A stretch of 64,000 nt of DNA from Eledone cirrhosa (Eukaryota), in contig OZ024746.1 in assembly GCA_964016885.1 (NCBI GenBank), forward strand, positions 51,956,001 through 52,020,000, read 5' to 3'. The position numbers were made by a program, and so were the translations under genes. Below, piece by piece: positions 46,241 through 61,200 of the stretch. Within the stretch, counting starts at the first letter, position 1. Every line of letters starts with the position of its first letter. The notes under the pieces are model-generated. The model was not told the origin of the DNA. It saw only the letters and a program-made list of their open reading frames with translations, and did no database searches.

Positions 46241-49229
46241 TAGGTGTGTGTAGTATGGTATGGAATTCTATGTATTGGTTATGTTATATTTAGTATGGAG
46301 TAGTGTATGGCATAGAATGGTGTATATAGGTGTGTGTTGTATGGTATGGAATTCTATGTATTGGGTATGTTATACTTAGTATGGAGTAGTGTATGGTATA
46401 GTATGGTGTATATAGTTGTGTCTTTTATGGTAAGGAATTCTATGTATTGGGTATGTTATACTTTGAATAGAGTAGTGTATGGTATAGAATGGTGTATATA
46501 GGTGTGTGTTGTATGGTATGGAATTCTATGTATTGGGTATGTTTTACTTAGTATGGAGTAGTGTATGGCGTAGAATGGTGTATATAGGTGTGTGTTGTAC
46601 GGTATCGAATTCTATGTATTGGGTATGTTATAGTTAGTATGGAGTAGTGTATGGCATAGAATGGTGAATATAGGTGTCTGTTGTATGGTATGGAATTCTA
46701 TGTATTGGGTATGTTATACTTTCTATGGAGTAGTGTATGGTATAGAATGGTGTATATAGGTGTGTGTTGTATGGTATGGAATTCTATGTATTAGGTATGT
46801 TATACTGAGTATGGAGTAGTGTATGGTATAGAATGGTGTATATAGGTGTGTGTTGTATGGTATGGAATTCTATGAATTGGGTATGTTATATTTAGTATGG
46901 AGTAGTGTATAGTATAGAATGGTGTATATAGGTGTGTGTTGTATGTTATGGAATTCTATGTATTAGTATGTTATAATGAGTATGGAGTAGTGTATGGTAT
47001 AGAATGGTGTATATAGGTGTGTGTTGTATGGTATGGAATTCTATGAATTGAGTATGTTATATTTAGTATAGAGTAGTGTATGGTATAGACTGGTGTATAT
47101 AGGTGTGTGTTGTATGGTATGGAATTCTATGTATTGGTTATGTTATATTTAGTATGGAGTAGTGTATGGCATAGAATGGTGTATATAGGTGTGTGTTGTA
47201 TGGTATGGAATGCTATGTATTGGGTATGTTATACTTTGTATTGAGTAGTGTATGGTATAGAATGGTGTATATAGGTGTGTGTTGTATGGTATGGAATTCT
47301 ATGTATTGGGTATGTTATACTTTGTATGGAGTAGTGTATGGTATAGAATGGTGTGTATGGGTGTGTGTTGTATGGTATGGAATTCTATGTATTAGGTATG
47401 TTATACTGAATATGGAGTAGTGTATGGTATAGAATGGTGTATATAGGTGTGCTTTGTATGGTATGGAATTCTATGAATTGGGTATGTTATATTTAGTATG
47501 GAGTAGTGTATGGTATAGAATGGTGTATATAGGTGTGTGTTGTATGTTATGGAATTCTATGTATTAGTATGTTATACTGAGTATGGAGTAGTGTATGGTA
47601 TAGAATGGTGTATATAGGTGTGTGTTGTATGGTATGGAATTCTATGTATTGGGTATGTTTTACTTAGTATGGAGTAGTGTATGGCATAGAATGGTGTATA
47701 TAGGTGTGTGTTGTATGGTATGGAATTCTATGTATTGGGTATATTATACTTTGTATGGAGTAGTGTATGGTATAGAATGGTGTATATGGGTGTGTGTTGT
47801 ATGGTATGGAATTCTATGTATTAGGTATGTTATACTGAGTATGGAGTAGTGTATGGTATAGAATGGTGTATATAGATGTGTGTTGTATGGTATGGAATTC
47901 TAAGTATTGGGTATGTTATACTGTGTATGGAGTAGTGTATGGTATAGAATGGTGTGTCTTGTAGGGTTAAGAATTCTATGTATTGGGTATGTTATACTTT
48001 GAATAGAGTAGTGTATGGTATAGAATGGTGTATATAGATGTGTGTAGTATGTTATGGAATTTTATGTATTGGGTATCTTATACTTAATATGGAGTAGTGT
48101 ATGGTATAGAATGCTCTATATATGTGTGTGTTGTATGGTATGGAATTATATGTATTGTGTATGTTATACTTAGTACGGAGTAGTGTATGGTATAGAATGG
48201 TGTATATAGCTGTGTGTTGTATGGTATGGAATTCTATGTATTGGGTATGTTATACTGAGTATGGAGTAGTGTATGGTATAGAATGGTGTATATAGGTGTG
48301 TGTTGTATGGTATGGAATTCTATGTATTGTTATGTTATACTGAGTATGGAGTAGTGTATGGTATATAATGGTGTGTATAGGTGTGTGTTGTATGGTATGG
48401 AATTCTATGTATTGGGTATGTTATACTGAGTATGGAGTATTGTATGGTATAGAATGGTGTATATAGGTGTGTGTTGTATGGTATGGAATTCTATGTATTA
48501 GGTATGTTATACTGAGTATGGAGTAGTGTATGGTATAGAATGGTGTATATAGGTGTGTGTTGTATGGTATGGAATTCTATGTATTTGGTATGTTATACTG
48601 AGTATGGAGTAGTGTATGGTATAGAATGGTGTATATAGGTGTGTGTTGTATGGTATGGAATTCTATGTATTGGGCATGTCATATTTTGTATGGTGTAGTG
48701 TATGGTATAGAACGGTGTATATAGGTGTGTGTTGTATGGTATGGAATTCTATGTATCGTTATGTTATACTGAGTATGGAGTAGTGTATGGTATAGAATGG
48801 TGTATATAGGTGTGTGTTGTATGGTATGGAATTCTATGTATTGGGTATGTTTTACTTAGTAAGGAGTAGTGTATGGCATAGAATGGTGTATATAGGTGTG
48901 TGTTGTACGGTATGGAATTATATGTATTGGGTATGTTATACTTAGTATGGAGTAGTGTATGGCATAGAATGGTGTATATAGGTGTGTGTTGTATGGTATG
49001 GAATTCTATGTATTGGGTATGTTATACTTTGTATGGAGTAGTGTATGGTATAGAATGGTGTATATGGGTGTGTGTTGTAAGGTATGGAATTCTATGTATT
49101 AGGTATGTTATACTGAGTATGGAGTAGTGTATGGTATAAAATGGTGTATATAGGTGTGTGTTGTATGGTATGGAATTCTATGAATTGGGTATGTTATATT
49201 TAGTATGGAGTAGTGTATGGTATAGAATG

Positions 49230-51005
49230 GTGTATATAGGCGTGTGTTGTATGTTATGGAATTCTATGTATTAGTATGTTATACTGAGTATGGAGTAGTG
49301 TATGGTATAGAATGGTGTATATAGGTGTGTGTTGTATGGTATGGAATTCTATGAATTGGGTATGTTATATTTAGTATAGAGTAGTGTATGGTATAGACTG
49401 GTGTATATAGGTGTGTGTTGTATGGTATGGAATTCTAAGTATTGGGTATGTTATACTGTGTATGGAGTAGTGTATGGTATAGAATGGTGTATATAGATGT
49501 GTGTTGCATGGTATGGAATTCTATGTATTGGGTATGTTATATTTTGTATGGTGTAGTGTATGGTATAGAATGGTGTATGTAGGTGTGTGTTGTATGGTAT
49601 GGAATTCTATGTATTGTTATGTTATACTGAGTATGGAGTAGTGTATGGTATAGAATGGTGTATATAGGTGTGTGTTGTATGGTATGGAATTCTATGTATT
49701 GGGTATATTTTACTTAGTATGGAGTAGTGTATGGCATAGAATGGTGTATATAGGTGTGTGTTGTATGGTATGGAATTCTTGTATTGGGTATATTATACTT
49801 TGTATGGAGTAGTGTACGGTATAGAATGGTGTATATAGGTGTGTGTTGTATGGTATGGAATTCTATGTATTGGGTATATTTTACTGAGTATGGAGTAGTG
49901 TATGGTATAGAATGGTGTATATAGGTGTGTGTTGTATGGTATGGAATTCTAAGTATTGAGTATGTTATATGTGTATGGAGTAGTGTATGGTATAGAATGG
50001 TGTATATAGGTGTGCTTGTATGGTTAAGAATTCTATGTATTGGGTATGTTATACTTTGAATAGAGTAGTGTATGGTATAGAATGGTGTATATAGATGTGT
50101 GTTGTATGTTATGGAATTTTAAGTATTGGGTATGTTATACTTAATATGGAGTAGTGTATGGTATAGAATGCTCTATATATGTGTGTGTTGCATGGTATGG
50201 AATTATATGTATTGGGTATGTTATACTTAGTACGGAGTAGTGTATGGTATAGAATGGTGTATATAGCTGTGTGTTGTATGGTATGGAATTCTATGTATTG
50301 GGTATGTTATACTGAGTATGGAGTAGTGTATGGTATAGAATGGTGTATATAGGTGTGTGTTGTATGGTATGGAATTCTATGTATTGTTATGTTATACTGA
50401 GTATGGAGTAGTGTAAGGTATAGAATGGTGTATATAGGTGTGTGTTGTATGGTATGGAATTCTATGTATTGGGTATGTTTTACTTAATATGGAGTAGTGT
50501 ATGGCATAGAATGGTGTATATATGTGTGTGTTGTATGGTATGGAATTCTATATATTGGGTATATTATACTTTGTATGGAGTAGTGTATGGTATAGAATGG
50601 TGTATATAGGTGTGTGTTGTATGGTATGGAATTCTATGTATTAGGTATGTTATACTGAGTATGGAGTAGTGTATGGTATAGAATGGTGTATATAGGTGTG
50701 TGTTGTATGGTATGAAATTCTATGTATTAGGTATGTTATACTGAGTATGGAGTAGTGTATGGTATAGAATGGTGTATATAGGTGTGTGTTGTATGGTATG
50801 GAATTCTATGTATAGGGTATGTTATACTTTGTATGGAGTAGTGTATGGTATAGAATGGTGTATATAGGTGTGTGTCGTATGGTATAGAATTCTATGTATT
50901 GGGTATGTTATACTTAGTATGGAGTAGTGTATGGCATAGACTGGTGTATATAGGTGTGTGTTGTATGGTATGGTATTCTATGTATTGGGTATGTTATACT
51001 GTGTA
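49230..51005. repeat. Third copy of the block at about 6470-8330 (also present at about 61.7-63.5 kb)
   Basis: Shared GAATTCTTGTA (1-bp deletion), AGTGTACGGT, TTGAGTATGTTATATGTG, GTGCTTGTATGGTTAAG, GTGTAAGGTA, ATGAAATTC and GTGTCGTAT. Confidence 0.85.
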
Positions 51006-51009
51006 TGGG

Positions 51010-54000
51010 GTAGTGTATGGTATAGAATGGTGTATATAGGTGTGTGTTGTATGGTATAGAATTCTATGTATTGGGTATGTTATACTTAGTATGGAGTAGT
51101 GTATGGCATAGACTGGTGTATATAGGTGTGTGTTGTATGGTATGGTATTCTATGTATTGGGTATGTTATACTGTGTATGGAGTAGTGTATGGTATAGAAT
51201 GGTGTATATTGGTGTGTGTTGCATGGTATCGAATTCTATGTATTGGGTATGTTATACTTTGTATGGAGTAGTGTATGGTATAGAATGGTGTATATAGGTG
51301 TGTGTTATATGGTATGGAATTCTATGTATTGGTTATGTTATACTTAGTATGGAGTAGTGTATGACATAGAATGGTGTATATAGGTGTGTGTTGTATGGTA
51401 TGGAATTCTATGTATTGGGTATGTTATACTGTGTATGGAGTAGTGTATGGTATAGAATGGTGTATATAGGTGTGTCTTGTATGGTAAGGAATTCTATGTA
51501 TTGTGTATAAGATACTTTGAATAGAGTAGTGTATGGTATAGAATGGTGTATATAGGTGTGTGTTGTATGGTATGGAATTCTATGTATTGGGTATGTTATA
51601 CTGAGTATGGAGTAGTGTATGGTATAGAATGGTGTATATATGTGTGTGTTGTATGGTATGGAATTCTATGTATTGGGTATGTTATATTTTGTATGGTGTA
51701 CTGTATGGTATAGAATGGTGTATATAGGTGTGTGTTGTATGGTATGGAATTCTATGTATTGGGTATGTTATACTGAGTATGGAGTAGTGAATGGTATAGA
51801 ATGGTGTATATAGGTGTGTGTTGTATGGTATGGAAATCTATGTATTGGGTATGTTATATTTTGTATGGTGTAGTGTATGGTATAGAATGGTGTATATAGG
51901 TGTGTGTTGTATGGTATGGAATTCTATGTATTGTTATGTTATACTGAGTATCGAGTAGTGTATGGTATAGAATAGTGTATATAGGTGTGTGTTGTATGGT
52001 ATGGAATTCTATGTATTGGGTATGTTTTACTTAGTATGGAGTAGTGTATGGCATATAATGGTGTATATAGGTGTGTGTTGTATGGTATGGAATTCTATGT
52101 ATTGTGTATGTTATACTGAGTATGGAGTAGTGTATAGTATAGAATAGTGTATATAGGTGTGTGTTGTATGTTATGGAATTCTAAGTATTGGGTATGTTAT
52201 ACTGTGTATAGAGTAGTGTATGGTATAGAATGGTGTATATAGATGTGTGTTGCATGGTATCGAATTCTATGTATTGGGTATGTTATACTTTTTATGGAGT
52301 AGAGTATGGTATAGAATGGTGTATATAGGTGTGTCTTGTATGGTAAGGAATTCTATGTATTGGGTATGTTATACTTTGAATAGAGTAGTGTATGGTATAG
52401 AATGGTGTATATAGATGTGTGTTGTATGGTATGGAATTTTATGTATTGTGTATGTTATACTTAATATGGAGTAGTGTATGGTATAGCATGCTGTATATAT
52501 GTGTGTGTTGTATGGTATGGAATTCTATGTATTGGGTATGTTATACTTAGTATGGAGTAGTGTATGGTATAGAATGGTGTATATAGGTGTGTGTTGTATG
52601 GTATGGAATTCTATGTATTGGGTATGTTATACTGAGTATGGAGTAGTGTATGGTATAGTATGGTGTATATAGGTGTGTGTTGTATGGTATGGAATTCTAT
52701 GTATTGGTATGTTATATTTTGCATGGTGTAGTGTATGGTATAGAATGGTGTATATAGGTATGTGTTGTATGGTATGGAATTCTATGTATTGTTATGTTAT
52801 ACTGAGTATGGAGTAGTGTATGGTATAGAATGTTGTATATAGGTGTGTGTTGTATGGTATGGAATTCTATGTATTGGGTATGTTTTACTTAGTATGGAGT
52901 AGGGTATGGCGTAGAATGGTGTATATAGGTGTGTGTTGTACGGTATCGAATACTATGTATTGGGTATGTTATAGTTAGTATGGAGTAGTGTATGGCATAG
53001 AATGGTGAATATAGGTATCTGTTGTATGGTATGGAATTCTATGTATTGGGTATGTTATACTTTCTATGGAGTAGTGTATGGTATAGAATGGTGTATATAG
53101 GTGTGTGTTGTATGGTATGGAATTCTATGTATTAGGTATGTTATACTGAGTATGGAGTAGTGTATGGTATAGAATGGTGTATATAGGTGTGTGTTGTATG
53201 GTATGGAATTCTATGAATTGGGTATGTTATATTTAGTATGGAGTAGTGTATGGTATAGAATGGTGTATATAGGTGTGTGTTGTATGTTATGGAATTCTAT
53301 GTATTAGTATGTTATAATGAGTATGGAGTAGTGTATGGTATAGAATGGTGTATATAGGTGTGTGTTGTATGGTATGGAATTCTATGAATTGGGTATGTTA
53401 TATTTAGTATAGAGTAGTGTATGGTATCGACTGGTGTATATAGGTGTGTGTTGTATGGTATGGAATTCTATGTATTGGTTATGTTATATTTAGTATGGAG
53501 TAGTGTATGGCATAGAATGGTGTATATAGGTGTGTGTTGTATGGTATGGAATGCTATGTATTGGGTATGTTATACTTTGTATTGAGTAGTGTATGGTATA
53601 GAATGGTGTATATAGGTGTGTGTTGTATGGTATGGAATTCTATGTATTGGATATGTTTTACTTAGTATGGAGTAGTGTATGGCATAGAATGGTGTATATA
53701 GGTGTGTGTTGTACGGTATGGAATTCTATGTATTGGGTATGTTATACTTAGTATGGAGTAGTGTATGGCATAGAATGGTGTATATAGGTGTGTGTTGTAT
53801 GGTATGGAATTCTATGTATTGGGTATGTTATACTTTGTATGGAGTAGTGTATGGTATAGAATGGTGTATATGGGTGTGTGTTGTATGGTATGGAATTCTA
53901 TGTATTAGGTATGTTATACTGAATATGGAGTAGTGTATGGTATAGAATGGTGTATATAGGCGTGTGTTGTATGGTATGGAATTCTATGAATTGGGTATGT

Positions 54001-55030
54001 TATATTTAGTATGGAGTAGTGTATGGTATAGAATGGTGTATATACGTGTGTGTTGTATGTTATGGAATTCTATGTATTAGTATGTTATACTGAGTATGGA
54101 GTAGTGTATGGTATAGAATGGTGTATATAGGTGTGTGTTGTATGGTATGGAATTCTAAGTATTGGGTATGTTATACTGTGTATGGAGTAGTGTATGGTAT
54201 AGAATGGTGTATATAGATGTGTGTTGCATGGTATCGAATTCTATATATTGGTTATGTTATACTTTGTATGGAGTAGTGTATGGTATAGAATGGTGTATAT
54301 AGGTGTGTCTTGTAGGGTTAAGAATTCTATGTATTGGGTATGTTATACTTTGAATAGAGTAGTGTATGGTATAGAATGGTGTATATAGATGTGTGTTGTA
54401 TGTTATGGAATTTTATGTATTGGGTATGTTATACTTAATATGGAGTAGTGTATGGTATAGAATGCTCTATATATGTGTGTGTTGTATGGTATGGAATTAT
54501 ATGTATTGTGTATGTTATACTTAGTACGGAGTAGTGTATGGTATAGAATGGTGTATATAGCTGTGTGTTGTATGGTATGGAATTCTATGTATTGGGTATG
54601 TTATACTGAGTATGGAGTAGTGTATGGTATAGAATGGTGTATATAGGTGTGTGTTGTATGGTATGGAATTCTATGTATTGTTATGTTATACTGAGTATGG
54701 AGTAGTGTATGGTATAGAATGGTGTGTATAGGTGTGTGTTGTATGGTATGGAATTCTATGTATTGGGTATGTTATACTGAGTATAGAGTAGTGTATGGTA
54801 TAGAATGGTGTATATAGGTGTGTGTTGTATGGTATGGAATTCTATGTATAGGGTATGTTATACTTTGTATGGAGTATTGTATGGTATAGAATGGTGTATA
54901 TAGGTGTGTCTTGTATGGTTAAGAATTGTATGTATTGGGTATGTTATACTTAGTATGGTGTAGTGTATGGCATAGACTGGTGTATATAGGTGTGTGTTGT
55001 ATGGTATGGTATTCTATGTATTGGGTATGT
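51010..55030. repeat. Diverged copy of about 10650-14250 (offset about 40.4-40.8 kb, with whole-monomer indels)
   Basis: Identical ORFs at 10689 and 51044. Shared rare variants TGTGTATAAGATAC, GGTGTACTGT, TTGGATATGTTTT, TATAGGCGTG and TCTATATATTGGTT occur in the same order. Confidence 0.85.
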
Positions 55031-55289
55031 TATACTTTGTATGGAGTAGTGTATGGTATAGAATGGTGTATATAGGTGTGTGTTGTATGGTATGGAATTC
55101 TATGTATTGGTTATGTTATACTTAGTATGGAGTAGTGTATGACATAGAATGGTGTATATAGGTGTGTGTTGTATGGTATGGAATTCTATGTATTGGGTAT
55201 GTTATACTGTGTATGGAGTAGTGTATGGTATAGAATGGTGTATATAGGTGTGTCTTGTATGGTAAGGAATTCTATGTATTGGGTATAAG

Positions 55290-58200
55290 ATACTTTGAAT
55301 AGAGTAGTGTATGGTATAGAATGGTGTATATAGGTGTGTGTTGTATGGTATGGAATTCTATGTATTGGGTATGTTATACTGAATATGGAGTAGTATATGG
55401 TATAGAATGGTGTATATAGGTGTGTGTTGTATGGTATGGAATTCTATGTATTGGGTATGTTATATTTTGTATCGTGTAGTGTATGGTATAGAATGGTGTA
55501 TATAGGTGTGTGTTGTATGGTATGGAATTCTATGTATTGGGTATGTTATACTGAGTATGGAGTAGTGAATGGTATAGAATGGTGTATATAGGTGTGTGTT
55601 GTATGGTATGGAAATCTATGTATTGGGTATGTTATATTTTGTATGGTGTAGTGTATGGTATAGAATGGTGTATATAGGTGTGTGTTGTATGGTATGGAAT
55701 TCTATGTATTGTTATGTTATACTGAGTATCGAGTAGTGTATGGTATAGAATAGTGTATATAGGTGTGTGTTGTATGGTATGGAATTCTATGTATTGGGTA
55801 TGTTTTACTTAGTATGGAGTAGTGTATGGCATATAATGGTGTATATAGGTGTGTGTTGTATGGTATGGAATTCTATGTATTGGGTATGTTATACTGAGTA
55901 TGGAGTAGTGTATAGTATAGAATAGTGTATATAGGTGTGTGTTGTATGTTATGGAATTCTAAGTATTGGGTATGTTATACTGTGTATAGAGTAGTTTATG
56001 GTATAGAATGGTGTATATAGATGTGTGTTGCATGGTATCGAATTCTATGTATTGGGTATGTTATACTTTTTATGGAGTGGAGTATGGTATAGAATGGTGT
56101 ATATAGGTGTGTCTTGTATGGTAAGGAATTCTATGTATTGGGTATGTTATACTTTGAATAGAGTAGTGTATGGTATATAATGGTGTATATAGATGTGTGT
56201 TGTATGGTATGGAATTTTATGTATTGTGTATGTTATACTTAATATGGAGTAGTGTATGGTATAGCATGCTGTATATATGTGTGTGTTGTATGGTATGGAA
56301 TTATATGTATTGGGTATGTTATACTTAGTATGGAGTAGTGTATGGTATAGAATGGTGTATATAGGTGTGTGTTGTATGGTATGGAATTCTATGTATTGGG
56401 TATGTTATACTGAGTATGGAGTAGTGTATGGTATAGTATGGTGTATATAGGTGTGTGTTGTATGGTATGGAATTCTATGTATTGGTATGTTATATTTTGC
56501 ATGGTGTAGTGTATGGTATAGAATGGTGTATATAGGTATGTGTTGTATGGTATGGAATTCTATGTATTGTTATGTTATACTGAGTATGGAGTAGTGTATG
56601 GTATAGAATGTTGTATATAGGTGTGTGTTGTATGGTATGGAATTCTATGTATTGGGTATGTTTTACTTAGTATGGAGTATGGTATGGCGTAGAATGGTGT
56701 ATATAGGTGTGTGTTGTACGGTATCGAATTCTATGTATTGGGTATGTTATAGTTAGTATGGAGTAGTGTATGGCATAGAATGGTGAATATAGGTATCTGT
56801 TGTATGGTATGGAATTCTATGTATTGGGTATGTTATACTTTCTATGGAGTAGTGTATGGTATAGAATGGTGTATATAGGTGTGTGTTGTATGGTATGGAA
56901 TTCTATGTATTAGGTATGTTATGCTGAGTATGGAGTAGTGTATGGTATAGAATGGTGTATATAGGTGTGTGTTGTATGGTATGGAATTCTATGAATTGGG
57001 TATGTTATATTTAGTATGGAGTAGTGTATAGTATAGAATGGTGTATATAGGTGTGTGTTGTATGTTATGGAATTCTATGTATTAGTATGTTAAAATGAGT
57101 ATGGAGTAGTGTATGGTATAGAATGGTGTATATAGGTGTGTGTTGTATGGTATGGAATTCTATGAATTGGGTATGTTATATTTAGTATAGAGTAGTGTAT
57201 GGTATAGACTGGTGTATATAGGTGTGTGTTGTATGGTATGGAATTCTATGTATTGGTTATGTTATATTTAGTATGGAGTAGTGTATGGCATAGAATGGTG
57301 TATATAGGTGTGTGTTGTATGGTATGGAATGCTATGTATTGGGTATGTTATACTTTGTATTGAGTAGTGTATGGTATAGAATGGTGTATATAGGTGTGTG
57401 TTGTATGGTATGGAATTCTATGTATTGGGTATGTTATACTTTGTATGGAGTAGTGTATGGTATAGAATGGTGTGTATGGGTGTGTGTTGTATGGTATGGA
57501 ATTCTATGTATTAGGTATGTTATACTGAATATGGAGTAGTGTATGGTATAGAATGGTGTATATAGGTGTGTGTTGTATGGTATGGAATTCTATGAATTGG
57601 GTATGTTATATTTAGTATGGAGTAGTGTATGGTATAGAATGGTGTATATAGATGTGTGTTGTATGGTATGGAATTCTATGTATTGGGTATGTTATACTGA
57701 GTATGGAGTAGTGTATGGTATAGAATGGTGTATATAGATGTGTGTTGTATGGTATGGAATTCTATGTATTAGTATGTTATACTGAGTATGGAGTAGTGTA
57801 TGGTATAGAATGGTGTATATAGGTGTGTGTTGTATGGTATGGAATTCTATGTATTGGGTATGTTTTACTTAGTATGGAGTAGTGTATGGCATAGAATGGT
57901 GTATATAGATGTGTGTTGTATGGTATGGAATTCTAAGTATTGGGTATGTTATACTGTGTATGGAGTAGTGTATGGCATATAATGGTGTATATAGGTGTGT
58001 CTTGTAGGGTTAAGAATTCTATGTATTGGGTATGTTATACTTTGAATAGAGTAGTGTATGGTATAGAATGGTGTATATAGATGTGTGTTGTATGTTATGG
58101 AATTTTATGTATTGGGTATCTTATACTTAATATGGAGTAGTGTATGGTATAGAATGCTCTATATATGTGTGTGTTGTATGGTATGGAATTATATGTATTG

Positions 58201-61200
58201 TGTATGTTATACTTAGTACGGAGTAGTGTATGGTATAGAATGGTGTATATAGCTGTGTGTTGTATGGTATGGAATTCTATGTATTGGGTATGTTATACTG
58301 AGTATGGAGTAGTGTATGGTATAGAATGGTGTATATAGGTGTGTGTTGTATGGTATGGAATTCTATGTATTGTTATGTTATACTGAGTATGGAGTAGTGT
58401 ATGGTATAGAATGGTGTGTATAGGTGTGTGTTGTATGGTATGGAATTCTATGTATTGGGTATGTTATACTGAGTATGGAGTAGTGTATGGTATAGAATGG
58501 TGTATATAGGTGTGTGTTGTATGGTATGGAATTCTATGTATTAGGTATGTTATACTGAGTATGGAGTAGTGTATGGTATAGAATGGTGTATATAGGTGTG
58601 TGTTGTATGGTATGGAATTCTATGTATAGGGTATGTTATACTTTGTATGGAGTATTGTATGGTATAGAATGGTGTATATAGGTGTGTCTTGTATGGTTAA
58701 GAATTGTATGTATTGGGTATGTTATACTTAGTATGGAGTAGTGTATGGCATAGAATGGTGTATATAGGTGTGTGTTGTATGTTATGGAATTCTATGTATT
58801 AGTATGTTATACTGAGTATGGAGTAGTGTATGGTATAGAATGGTGTATATAGGTGTGTGTTGTATGGTATGGAATTCTATGAATTGGGTATGTTATATTT
58901 AGTATAGAGTAGTGTATGGTATAGACTGGTGTATATAGGTGTGTGTTGTATGTTATGGAATTCTAAGTATTGGGTATGTTATACTGTGTATAGAGTAGTT
59001 TATGGTATAGAATGGTGTATATAGATGTGTGTTGCATGGTATCGAATTCTATGTATTGGGTATGTTATACTTTTTATGGAGTGGAGTATGGTATAGAATG
59101 GTGTATATAGGTGTGTCTTGTATGGTAAGGAATTCTATGTATTGGGTATGTTATACTTTGAATAGAGTAGTGTATGGTATATAATGGTGTATATAGATGT
59201 GTGTTGTATGGTATGGAATTTTATGTATTGTGTATGTTATACTTAATATGGAGTAGTGTATGGTATAGCATGCTGTATATATGTGTGTGTTGTATGGTAT
59301 GGAATTATATGTATTGGGTATGTTATACTTAGTATGGAGTAGTGTATGGTATAGTATGGTGTATATAGGTGTGTGTTGTATGGTATGGAATTCTATGTAT
59401 TGGTATGTTATATTTTGCATGGTGTAGTGTATGGTATAGAATGGTGTATATAGGTATGTGTTGTATGGTATGGAATTCTATGTATTGTTATGTTATACTG
59501 AGTATGGAGTAGTGTATGGTATAGAATGTTGTATATAGGTGTGTGTTGTATGGTATGGAATTCTATGTATTGGGTATGTTTTACTTAGTATGGAGTATGG
59601 TATGGCGTAGAATGGTGTATATAGGTGTGTGTTGTACGGTATCGAATTCTATGTATTGGGTATGTTATAGTTAGTATGGAGTAGTGTATGGCATAGAATG
59701 GTGAATATAGGTATCTGTTGTATGGTATGGAATTCTATGTATTGGGTATGTTATACTTTCTATGGAGTAGTGTATGGTATAGAATGGTGTATATAGGTGT
59801 GTGTTGTATGGTATGGAATTCTATGTATTAGGTATGTTATACTGAGTATGGAGTAGTGTATGGTATAGAATGGTGTATATAGGTGTGTGTTGTATGGTAT
59901 GGAATTCTATGAATTGGGTATGTTATATTTAGTATGGAGTAGTGTATAGTATAGAATGGTGTATATAGGTGTGTGTTGTATGTTATGGAATTCTATGTAT
60001 TAGTATGTTAAAATGAGTATGGAGTAGTGTATGGTATAGAATGGTGTATATAGGTGTGTGTTGTATGGTATGGAATTCTATGAATTGGGTATGTTATATT
60101 TAGTATAGAGTAGTGTATGGTATAGACTGGTGTATATAGGTGTGTGTTGTATGGTATGGAATTCTATGTATTGGTTATGTTATATTTAGTATGGAGTAGT
60201 GTATGGCATAGAATGGTGTATATAGGTGTGTGTTGTATGGTATGGAATGCTATGTATTGGGTATGTTATACTTTGTATTGAGTAGTGTATGGTATAGAAT
60301 GGTGTATATAGGTGTGTGTTGTATGGTATGGAATTCTATGTATTGGGTATGTTATACTTTGTATGGAGTAGTGTATGGTATAGAATGGTGTGTATGGGTG
60401 TGTGTTGTATGGTATGGAATTCTATGTATTAGGTATGTTATACTGAATATGGAGTAGTGTATGGTATAGAATGGTGTATATAGGTGTGTGTTGTATGGTA
60501 TGGAATTCTATGAATTGGGTATGTTATATTTAGTATGGAGTAGTGTATGGTATAGAATGGTGTATATAGATGTGTGTTGTATGGTATGGAATTCTATGTA
60601 TTGGGTATGTTATACTGAGTATGGAGTAGTGTATGGTATAGAATGGTGTATATAGATGTGTGTTGTATGGTATGGAATTCTATGTATTAGTATGTTATAC
60701 TGAGTATGGAGTAGTGTATGGTATAGAATGGTGTATATAGGTGTGTGTTGTATGGTATGGAATTCTATGTATTGGGTATGTTTTACTTAGTATGGAGTAG
60801 TGTATGGCATAGAATGGTGTATATAGATGTGTGTTGTATGGTATGGAATTCTAAGTATTGGGTATGTTATACTGTGTATGGAGTAGTGTATGGCATATAA
60901 TGGTGTATATAGGTGTGTCTTGTAGGGTTAAGAATTCTATGTATTGGGTATGTTATACTTTGAATAGAGTAGTGTATGGTATAGAATGGTGTATATAGAT
61001 GTGTGTTGTATGTTATGGAATTTTATGTATTGGGTATCTTATACTTAATATGGAGTAGTGTATGGTATAGAATGCTCTATATATGTGTGTGTTGTATGGT
61101 ATGGAATTATATGTATTGTGTATGTTATACTTAGTACGGAGTAGTGTATGGTATAGAATGGTGTATATAGCTGTGTGTTGTATGGTATGGAATTCTATGT

